NCBI GenBank assembly: GCA_050084985.1
Contig: JBITNC010000001.1
Location: 16,368,001-16,432,000, forward strand
DNA length: 64,000 nt
Source of the DNA: Nageia nagi
Lineage: Eukaryota; Plantae; Pinophyta
Direction of reading: 5' to 3'
Below, one piece after another: positions 55,346 to 64,000 of the stretch. The stretch's first letter is position 1. Every line of letters starts with the position of its first letter. Made by a program: the position numbers and the translations under genes. The notes under the pieces are model-generated. The model worked only from the letters and a program-made list of their open reading frames with translations, was not told where the DNA came from and did not search any database.

Positions 55346-56305
55346 TGTTTACAAATAAAATTGAGTATGCAAATAAATAAGCAAGAAAATATCTACAAAC
55401 CCAATATATTTGTATTCGAGCTACGGATAGCAATTTATACAAAATAAATTGAAAGAGACAATCAACTGTAGAAATAGAACAAGTATTTTAACAAATGATA
55501 AACTCGAAATTATTTGCAAAATTCTGACTATACAATATAACAGCTATATGTATGACACCACCTATCAAAACAGAAGTTATGTACCCACCTTACGGAGCGT
55601 GCTCGAAACGAAGCTGTTGACGAAGTCTTGGGATCCAACGTTGTCCACATCTGAAATCACGAAGCTAAAAAGTCACAGAAGAAGGCCGCGGGCGGTGTTC
55701 GTCGTACTGGATAGGAACGCCGGTGGTCTGTATTCGTCCACAGAGGAGCGCTGGCGGCCTTCGATAGGCTATGATCCGTCTCCAACGAGTCTACACCACT
55801 CAAATCTCGAGATAATTGTAGTATGACACGTAGATAAGTCTCTCAGCTCTTCAGAATGCTCGCAAGAGGGGGATACACAAAATCCAGCTTGATAGGCGGT
55901 GTCAAGAGACACCTTACAATATGATTGCCACTATCAAGACCATACGCGGGATCATGTGTATCCTTGATGATGGACTTAGTATTAAATCCCTTATTACCAT
56001 ACGCGGGATCATGTGTATCCTTGATGATGGACTTAGTATTAAATCCCTTATTTATATAGATAATAGATAATACAACCCATGGGTCGGCATGCATCTACAT
56101 AAACAAGGGTAATTCACAACATTCAAGATAACCACACCAATAAACAAGATAATCCATGCAATATTCAAGATAATCATTATAAAATTCACATTTAAGACAA
56201 ACATTGATATTATCACATTAAGACATTCAAAACATATATTTAGACCAAGCATGTTTTCGTTAATTTATTGATTTAAAAACATAAATTCATTTTTATGTGT
56301 TAACA
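55346..56305 (-). repeat. 3' LTR of element H (contains a 57-bp tandem duplication at 55939-56052)
   Basis: Direct repeat of 62304-63209. Confidence 0.95.
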
Positions 56306-56589
56306 GATGCCCCACTTTGGATGTGAAATCGAAAGAAACATGAGGTGATCAGAGATTTTACATTCAAAGTAAAAACAAAATATCATAACAATGAAAGATT
56401 CTACAAGCATTGATAAACGTTAATCATAAAACAAAATCGTGACAAACATTGCTAATACTAGAGATGGGTTGAGAAAACTTCCTTTGATATTACCTTGGGC
56501 ATGCTTGCCCTTTGCATTTTTGCTGATATGCGAATGCCATAGAAGGTCTTTCTGCTGATATATCTGATAATCTTGTCATAACACTGGTG

Positions 56590-56785
56590 ACTCATGACGA
56601 CAAACTTGACAACACACATACTCAAGACAATGACTTGACAAACAACATGACCACACATGACAACACAACGATAACACAACAAGACAACACCACAATACAA
56701 GACATGACAACACACATGACAACACAACGATAACACAACAAGACAACATCACAAGACAAGACATGACAACACATGACCACACACA
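56590..56785. repeat. Low-complexity (ACAACAC/ACATG-type) repeat in 3' UTR of H
   Basis: Seen directly; source of the spurious Cys/Val-rich ORFs. Confidence 0.85.
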
Positions 56786-56880
56786 GGGGAGAGCTAAGTT
56801 CCACACAACTGCAATGGAAGCTGAAACTTCGCACCAAGAGGTATACTGCAGTTGCATAAGAACCGAACTCCGCAAGACAT

Positions 56881-57052
56881 ATGGGAGCTGAAACTCCCAC
56901 GCCAAGAGGCATGATAAGCTGATAAATGGGAGCTGAAACTCCACGCCAAGAGGCATGATAAGCTGATAAATGGGAGCTGAAACTCCGCGCCAAGAGGCAT
57001 GATAAGCTGATAAATGGGAGCTGAAACTCCGCGCCAAGAGGCATGATAAGCT
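56881..57052. repeat. 44-bp tandem repeat x4 (ATGGGAGCTGAAACTCCRCGCCAAGAGGCATGATAAGCTGATAA)
   Basis: Units start at 56881, 56926, 56970 and 57014, with a degenerate copy at ~56814. Confidence 0.95.
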
Positions 57053-57363
57053 AATGATACAGCCCTGCAAACATGAAATTCAAAGCAATATTATCCTGGA
57101 TATAACATTGATCAAGCACCTGTGATGTACCTGTGATACTTGGATGAGCTAATTGACTGGAAAAAGGAACGCGGGCGGTCTTCAACTAAGACCGGGCGTC
57201 TTCAACTAAGACGCGGGCGGTCCTTTTCTTGAGGATTTATCGAAAACCATGAAGATCAGGCCGCGGGGAATTGCCCCTGGATTCCAAATTGATACCTGGT
57301 TACCTGCCCATACACACTGAATGCCCAAATCGAAATTGTCTTGAAGTGTGTGCCCTAATATTT

Positions 57364-57373
57364 CTATAAAAGG
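57364..57373 (+). promoter_or_regulatory. TATA box of the antisense PMD gene
   Basis: CTATAAAAGG ~150 bp upstream of ATG 57519, followed by a pyrimidine-rich initiator-like region. Confidence 0.6.
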
Positions 57374-57518
57374 GACCCCACCCTTCCTCATTTGGTCACG
57401 CTGTCATTTTCAGAGCTGAGAATATCTTAGAGCTTGGGAGGCTAAGTCAGAGAAATTCTAGTTGGTGATTTCATCGCTGTCACTGGGTGATATTCCCTGC
57501 ACTGCTGTGCTACATACC

Positions 57519-59722
57519 ATGGCCCTGCCAATCACACGTCGGGATGGACACAGAGCTGCCTTGGTGGCCAATTCTCCTGCCGGTCATCAGGTATGTTGCA
57601 TTTTTTACCTTTTTCTTGTGTTTTTACTTGCCTTTAGATTTTAGCTGCCCTGCATACTGATTTTCCAAGTTACCCCTAGAGTTTACCTGTTGAATACCTC
57701 AGCCCATCGTTTTTACCTTTTTATCTCATTTTTCGAAATTCTGGTCTTATGGCTGTACCACGTTCGTCCGTACGAACCTGTACCTCAGATTTCGTTGACC
57801 CCTGTGTACGGAAACAGGACCGCTGGCGGTCCTTTCTGCCCTAGTTTAGACCATGGGCAGTTTTCTTTACCTGTACTATTTTGCTGTTTTTGCTTCATAT
57901 CTGATACTGACTTGCTCTTTGTCACTCTTTTCTTGCAGAATCATTCGTATCTTATGCGACCATCCGGCAAGAGTGCCGCTTTTACCATTGCCCAACAGTG
58001 GCCACAAACTGACGAGGCTTGGAGTATCCTGGAGGCCATTTCTTTCAGCTACTTAGCGTTTGCTGATTACGTGTTTCACGATCGCAATATGCTGACAGCC
58101 TTGATGGAAAGGTGGGATCCAAACTCCAACACCTTTCACCTTCCGACTGGTGAGATCACAGTGACACTAGAGGACGTCTACAGGATCACCAGACTTCCTA
58201 TCAGAGGGAAGCTAGTGAACATGGTTCCTATTCCTAACCTGGAACAGGCAGAGGTATGGGCTGCATGGCTGACAGGGTCAGATGAGATAAATCACAGGAA
58301 GAGGGGTGTGTCCCTAATGAGACATGTGCTAGAATATCCTCCAGTACGGGGTGACCTACGGATGAGGCTCCTCATTGCCTGCCTTCTGGATGCCATCGTC
58401 TACCCGGACAAGAGTAGTGAGACCTTCCCCGTGGGCATGGTTCCTATCATATAGGACATGGTGACACACAGACAGCGGTATGCGTGGTGCCCCGCAATAC
58501 TAGCACAACTCTATCACGACCTCCACAGCTTCGCAGAGGTGGAGAGAGGGGGGAGACAGGTAGCCCATTCTATGATACTGCAGGTGTGGGCATAAGACCA
58601 CATAGTCATTTCTAGACCGACGATGCTACCCCTAGACCAACCAGATGATGTACCCACCTGGCAATGGTGGGCGACGACAGAGGGACCAGACTTCCCTAGC
58701 GTAGACCTAGAGGGATGGCAGGTGCGATTTGACCTACTGCGGGGGGCACAGATATACTGGCGTCCCTATCGGGGAGGTGTACCAGAGTGGGAGGAGGACA
58801 TACAAGAGATGGCATGGGTGAGACACCCTACATACATACAGGCACGTAGGGCACTGGTGGAGCCGTACAGGCCAGAGCGGGTACTCCGTCAGTTCGGCCT
58901 CCAGCAGGGTATACCAGGTGACTGTAGGATAGTGGTGCGCTACTACCGCAGTAGGCACCTTCCAAAGGACTACGAGCCAGTACCTAACTGGGATTCAGAT
59001 TGGGAGTCCCCTAGCGAGGACTCCGACTATGGGGCTGATGATGACATAGACGGACCTGACCATACGGAGGACTACCTAGACTGGTGGAGGGAACGCCGTC
59101 CTCACCACATAGGTATTCATGATGCTGACTCAGGTGACGATGCGGGAGAGGATGAAGACACAGGGGACATACAGACCGGATGGGATGCTCCCTTCACGGC
59201 GGGAGGGTGGGGAGGAGAGAGTAGCCCGACATATGCCCGGGACATGTCTCTAGATGCAGGTAATGATGACAATGAGGAGACAGATCCAGACCAGGATGAG
59301 TATGAACCTGAGGATGATGGATGATGACAGTAGCTTATTTTCTCTTTTGCTTTCCTTTGATTTTCTACTTTCATGATATGCAAAAGACTAACATGATATG
59401 TCTATGCTATGTCACAGATGACCAGAACCCTGAGGTTGAGATGGCTAGGCTACACGGTCAAATCAACCAGAAGGATGTGGAGATCAGAGAGCTACAGGGT
59501 TATCTACGGTTCGTAGGAGGGTATTATACTGGCATCTATCAAGACCTACAGGCGGCCAACAAAGAGATCAAAGCCCTCTACGAGCAGCTTCGCCAGGTCG
59601 AGAGACAGATCGGCGAGGAGAAGGCACGCGCAGAGAAGTACAAGGCACGGTGCGAGGGTGGCTCATCTAGCAGGGCTACTAGCTCTAGTGTAGGGGGAGG
59701 GGGCTCCAGTAGGAGATTCTAG
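57519..59722 (+). pseudogene. Plant Mobile Domain (PMD; MAIN/MAIL-like) gene, 3 predicted exons, antisense to gag; two premature stops in this copy
   Basis: Exons 57519-57590, 57939-~59319 and 59418-59722. Motifs TALMERWDPNSNTFHLPTGEITVTLEDVYRITRLPIRG, YAWCPAILAQLYHDL, LQVWA*DH, WRPY and VEPYRPERVLRQFGLQQGIP, then an acidic tail and coiled-coil exon. Intron 1 is GT-AG and in frame; the intron 2 donor reads GA (uncertain). Stops: TAG at 58452 and TAA at 58593. Confidence 0.88.
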
Positions 59723-60112
59723 GTCATTCTATGTGATCTCATCCAGTTGTATTGTAAACAGAAACATTTTGATATATATATGAAACACAAATTTTGTTAC
59801 CTGATTGCTCTTGTATGTGTGCTTGTGAGGGATGAAACTGATATTCCGTGATTCCTGAAAACGAATGCTAATGACACGACTTGCAATTCTGACTTCTCAC
59901 GCTGCGGGGGGAGTTGGCACCTTTGACTTTCTCCTATTTTTCACTAAAAGAGGACCGCTGGCGGTCCTATTAGCACGAAATACAACGCCAGTGCTCCTGT
60001 TATGACATCATGAAGCCCCCCAATCTCTTCGCCATGACGTCCGTTAGTGACCTGGACTGACTGTTAGCTTCTCTTTCTCTCTTTTTTTTTTTGTTAGCTT
60101 AGTCATATCAAT

Positions 60113-62032
60113 CTACCAAATGATGCCCCCGGAGAACCTAGAGCTCCCACTAGTGCTAGCCTCATTCTGTCGTCCCTCTGACTGTCTTTCTGAGATCTTG
60201 ACTCCCTTTGTCGTGTGTCCTTGGGCAAATAGTATTCCGGTACCATGCTGTGGCATTAGGTTCTTATATATCCCCAATTTTTCATTATCTGTGTGCACTG
60301 GAGCCTTTCTCTTTTCTTCTGGTTTGTTGAATGAGATAGCCTTCTTATCTACTAAATCTTGAATAACATTTCTGAATTTTTGACATTCACATGTTTTATG
60401 GCCATGACCCCCATGATATCTGCAAAATCCTCTTGTAGTTCTTGTATTTCTTTGATTCACTGGTGGTAACTGGATCAAACCTCTTTGCACCAATGATTGT
60501 AACAACTCATCATGATCCTCAGTGACTTTGGTATATGCTCTAGGGGTCCTTTGTTTGGTGGGTCCTTGCGGCTCTTTGGTTGCTGTAATTGTAGCTATCA
60601 CTTTGGTTGGTATTGGTTTTTCATCTTTCTTATGCCCCCATAAACCGATTTTCACCAAGTGTCTCTCTTTTTGGATCATGGATAGGATCATTTCTGCAAG
60701 GGGTCGTTCTAGATAATTGAAAAATTCGAGCATCACTTCATCCCTTAGTGACTTTATCAACATCTGCTTCAACTCTTTTTCACTTAGCTCTATGTACATC
60801 GCCACTTTCTTCCAAGCTGCGACAAATTCTTCAAATGATTGGTTCTTCCCTTGTCTCATTCTAGCCAAATCCATGATGGTAGGTTTTTTCTTTATACTGT
60901 GCTGATACCGATCCAAGAACTCTTGTTTTAACTGTCCATAGCTAGTGATACTTTGATCCTTTAGGTCATAAAACCATTCTGAAGCTTCTTCTCCTAGACT
61001 GAGCTGAAAGAACCTAGCCAACATATCCGCATCATGAAGGTGACTCCAAGCTGCCTCCTCGAAAATCGTGATGTGCATCTTCGGATCACTTATACCGTCA
61101 TATTTGCTGAATTTGATGTCTTCACCTTCCCATGTTCTTCTTCGGATTCTTGTGCATAGAGGATGACTTTCTGTTAAATATTTATTTGTTTTTTCGTCAT
61201 GCAACAATGTTAGCTTTTTGAGCTGCTCGGCCATTGCTTGAAGCTGCGCCCTTCTTTGTTCTGCTATCTCTATTTGCCTCTGTTTACCTGTGTCATCCTG
61301 ATCTGACTTCTCTTCTGGAGTTTTACACCCTTCTGTCTCTTCTTCTTTCTCATGGTCTGATGGTCCTGGGGTGAATCTTAAATTCTGTTCCCTCCATTCC
61401 TGTACTAGCTGCATCTCTAATTCTCTTATGATGATCTCTTTTATGCATGATTGCGATTTTTGGTAAGATCCTGTGCTGATAACCCTTCTTACTTCTGCTT
61501 CTTTAATCTCTTTTTCTTGATCTGACCAATAGGGGTAAGCATCAACCAGTCTCTGTGCTATAGGGTCCATTTCAAGCTCTGTCTCTGACTCATCATCTGA
61601 TTCTTCATCAAAATTTACCACTTCCTCTTCATCTGAATACTCATTGTTCACTTCTTCCTGTATTATTGTCTCATGATTTCTAAAACATTCAACAAGGATT
61701 AGAGATGACATAGATCCACAAATATTTGATTTGATATCCTTAGGAGTAGAAATTTGTTGGTCAAAGCATGGCATATAAAATTTCTCATGATCTTCTATAA
61801 TAGGCAAAGTTGATTTGAAAGATGCTCTAATGATTGATGTGAGATTGTTTGCAGTTTTGAATTTCCATAGATAGTGGAAAGAGTATGTTGTGCTAGTGTC
61901 TGTGGCAAATTTGTAGAACATCCCAAAATCTTTCATAAATTGTTGCACTAACCTAAGTTTTTCTTCAGTAAGGTTCCAGCTGTTGAATCTGTTGGGTCGG
62001 TACATGGTTATTGACAAATCCTTTTCGAACAT
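60113..62032 (-). CDS. Retrotransposon Gag (639 aa open frame) with long N-terminal extension
   Basis: Retrotrans_gag-like core (FSKYDGISDPKMHI..FFQLSLGEEASEWF..LKQEFLDRY..MRQGKNQSFEEFVAAW) and a Tat-type Cys/His box FCRYHGGHGHKTCEC. Ends in a stop with no protease. Confidence 0.9.
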   Translation of the reverse strand: MFEKDLSITMYRPNRFNSWNLTEEKLRLVQQFMKDFGMFYKFATDTSTTYSFHYLWKFKTANNLTSIIRASFKSTLPIIEDHEKFYMPCFDQQISTPKDIKSNICGSMSSLILVECFRNHETIIQEEVNNEYSDEEEVVNFDEESDDESETELEMDPIAQRLVDAYPYWSDQEKEIKEAEVRRVISTGSYQKSQSCIKEIIIRELEMQLVQEWREQNLRFTPGPSDHEKEEETEGCKTPEEKSDQDDTGKQRQIEIAEQRRAQLQAMAEQLKKLTLLHDEKTNKYLTESHPLCTRIRRRTWEGEDIKFSKYDGISDPKMHITIFEEAAWSHLHDADMLARFFQLSLGEEASEWFYDLKDQSITSYGQLKQEFLDRYQHSIKKKPTIMDLARMRQGKNQSFEEFVAAWKKVAMYIELSEKELKQMLIKSLRDEVMLEFFNYLERPLAEMILSMIQKERHLVKIGLWGHKKDEKPIPTKVIATITATKEPQGPTKQRTPRAYTKVTEDHDELLQSLVQRGLIQLPPVNQRNTRTTRGFCRYHGGHGHKTCECQKFRNVIQDLVDKKAISFNKPEEKRKAPVHTDNEKLGIYKNLMPQHGTGILFAQGHTTKGVKISERQSEGRQNEASTSGSSRFSGGIIW

Positions 62033-62283
62033 TTGGCTAATATTTTCTAGGGTTTCACCGTCGGAACTATCGTTGTCTTCGGAATCACCATGATAGGATT
62101 CCTCATCCGGAAGTTTATCTTCGATAATCCAAGGAGCACTCTCTTTATTTAGTCTAGCACTTTTCCTAGTTGGCTATGTTCCTTTCCATGTTTTTCTTTT
62201 TCTCTTAGGTGATGATTGAACGAATGAAGAATAATCTGAAAATTCATCTATATCTTTGTTCATTTTTAATTTAGCAAGCATGT

Positions 62284-62301
62284 TTCACGTCGGGTTCACC
62301 A
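62284..62301 (-). promoter_or_regulatory. Primer-binding site complementary to tRNA-Trp
   Basis: Minus strand TGGTGAACCCGACGTGAA, 2 nt inside the 5' LTR. The plus strand TTCACGTCGGGTTCACCA equals the 3' 18 nt of plant cytosolic tRNA-Trp(CCA) as I recall it. Confidence 0.8.
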
Positions 62302-62303
62302 AA

Positions 62304-63209
62304 TGTTTACAAATAAAATTGAGTATGCAAATAAATAAGCAAGAAAATATCTACAAACCCAATATATTTGTATTCGAGCTACGGATAGCAATTTATACAA
62401 AATAAATTGAAAGAGACAATCAACTATAGAAATAGAACAAGTATTTTAACAAATGATAAACTCGAAATTATTTGCAAAATTCTGACTATACAATATAACA
62501 GCTATATGTATGACACCACCTATCAAAACAGAAGTTATGTACCCACCTCACGGAGCGTGCTCGAAACGAAGCTGTTGACGAAGTCCTGGGATCCAACGTT
62601 GTCCACACCTGAAATCACGAAGCTAAAAAGTCACAGAAGAAGGCCGCGGGCGGTGTTCGTCGTACTGGATAGGAACGTCGGCGGTCTGTATTCGTCCACA
62701 GAGAAGCGCTGGCGGCCTTTGATAGGCTATGATCCGTCTCCAATGAGTCTACACCTCCACTCAAATCTCGAGATAATTGCAGTATGACATGCAGATAAGT
62801 CTCTCAGCTCTTCAGAATGCTCGCAAGAGGGGGATACACAAAATTCAGCTTGATAGGCGGTGTCAAGAGACACCTTACAATATGATTGCCACTATCAAGA
62901 CCATACGCGGGATCATGTGTATCCTTGATGATGGACTTAGTATTAGATCCCTTATTTATATAGATAATAGATAATACAACCCATGGGTCGGCATGCATCT
63001 ACATAAACAAGGGTAATTCACAACATTCAAGATAACCACACCAATAAACAAGATAATCCATGCAATATTCAAGATAATCATTATAAAATTCGCATTTAAG
63101 ACAAACATTGATATTATCACATTAAGACATTCAAAACATATATTTAGACCAAGCATGTTTTCGTTAATTTATTGATTTAAAAACATAAATTCATTTTTAT
63201 GTGTTAACA
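62304..63209 (-). repeat. 5' LTR of element H
   Basis: Direct repeat of 55346-56305; followed by TSD TAACC. Confidence 0.95.
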
Positions 63210-64000
63210 TAACCAGTCCTTGCAAGCGGACATTATTAACTCAGCCTTGACCACATGTTTGGATGCCTTTCCATTATCACCTAGGTGATCTTTGTAAGAG
63301 GAAGGAAAAACATCCCAACATAAATTGGAGCTAGGAGGGCCTTGAATAGTCTTACACCCATTGTTAATTAGACTTTCATTTTATCTTTCTTTAAGCACGA
63401 GCTAGGACTTGAAAGAGATAATTCACCCAGACAACCGCACCAAGTCGGAGTCCATCAAGCTTTTCATTGCAAATTCGAGGGGAAGCTTCAAGCACACATA
63501 TTAAGTCCTACAAATACATTCTTTGGTGGCTTTGTTCAATGGCAACTACTTTTTGTACACAAGCTTCAATGATCTAAACAATATATTATACAATCATGGC
63601 TACAACACCATGGTTGCAGAAATGGAAAGTATTTCTGTTGTACATCAACATCATATTATACACCATCATATAACAAACCACAGTATAGGTTGTAATGCTT
63701 ACCTAAACCAATCATACAAAAACCTAGGTTCAAAGGTGAATACAACTATCAGTTAGTACCGTGCAACAATTATGCGACTCTCAATACAAATCATGGAACC
63801 AAATGTTACCAATGCAACAAGCTTCTCCTAATTGGCAGAATATTCCAAACCAATCAGGTTGTTTTGCAAGTTGCCCAACAAGAATAGCTAAGGTTGCAGG
63901 CCACATGGAATTATTAACAAGAGCAACTAAAAGCTATGTAGGCTGCAGAGAATCACAAACAAGAACAAATAGGGAAAGTGATTGCAGGAATGATGAAGAT

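Larger units (their letters stand above)
55346..63209 (-). mobile_element. Young non-autonomous Tat-like LTR retrotransposon H: gag plus antisense PMD gene, no pol
   Basis: LTRs 55346-56305 and 62304-63209 (TG..CA) differ by about 15 transitions by eye plus a 57-bp and a 3-bp indel. Perfect TSD TAACC; PPT AAAGTGGGGCATC next to 56306; PBS at 62284-62301. Confidence 0.95.
46838..63320 (+). mobile_element. Large (~3.1 kb net) LTR of element F, split into 46838-47501, 52966-55345 and 63210-63320 by elements G and H
   Basis: Starts TGTTAAACC after purine tract GGGAAGAGGAAA; TATA-like CTATATATA at ~54612; ends CCCAACA at 63320. A PBS-like TGGAGCTAGGAGGG follows, with internal sequence to the window end. 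No second LTR is present in the window to confirm. Confidence 0.5.

Noticed and set aside
55449-55826. 125-aa ORF duplicated at 62407-62787
   Set aside because: Lies inside the LTRs, starts at TTG and has no recognisable domain; duplication is explained by LTR identity.
56881-57052. 44-bp array as CRISPR
   Set aside because: Head-to-tail tandem copies with no spacers.
56458-57070. Cys/Val-rich ORFs as metallothionein-like or membrane proteins
   Set aside because: Translations of low-complexity and tandem repeats, open in several frames.
57690-57938. Hydrophobic N-terminus of the 254-aa ORF as a signal or transmembrane region
   Set aside because: It is read-through of T-rich intron 1 (GT at 57591, AG at 57937-57938).
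62284-62301. tRNA-Trp gene
   Set aside because: Only the 3' 18 nt including CCA are present, adjacent to an LTR, so it is a PBS.

Overview
Repeat-dominated plant nuclear DNA. It is AT-rich, CpG-depleted and full of nested LTR retrotransposons, which suggests a large, probably gymnosperm-type genome (inference). Left to right: a CACTA transposase relic (~50-1560); a degenerate transposon-type ORF facing an L1-like LINE fragment (4.2-6.6 kb); and an intron-containing SAS10/UTP3 pseudogene with a telo-box (7168-9847). That pseudogene is fused to a decayed Tat-type Ty3/gypsy (9850-34905), which is split by a 21-kb Copia (10643-31652) that itself holds two TSD-bounded elements (12857-18252, 21421-27336). 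Next comes a further Copia lacking its 5' LTR (35807-41130), then a ~1.9-kb-armed inverted duplication of the 3' end of a TIC32-like short-chain dehydrogenase gene (41169-45553). The upstream intron of that gene apparently holds a large LTR with two nested pol-less elements. The most interesting object is the youngest one (55346-63209). It has LTRs about 98% identical, a tRNA-Trp primer site, an open 639-aa Gag, no pol, and a separately promoted, spliced antisense Plant Mobile Domain (MAIN/MAIL-like) gene. Its non-coding parts carry a recurrent, regularly spaced CGCNGGCGG motif, so it is a candidate TE-encoded chromatin or anti-silencing module. All calls are by eye; no searches were run.
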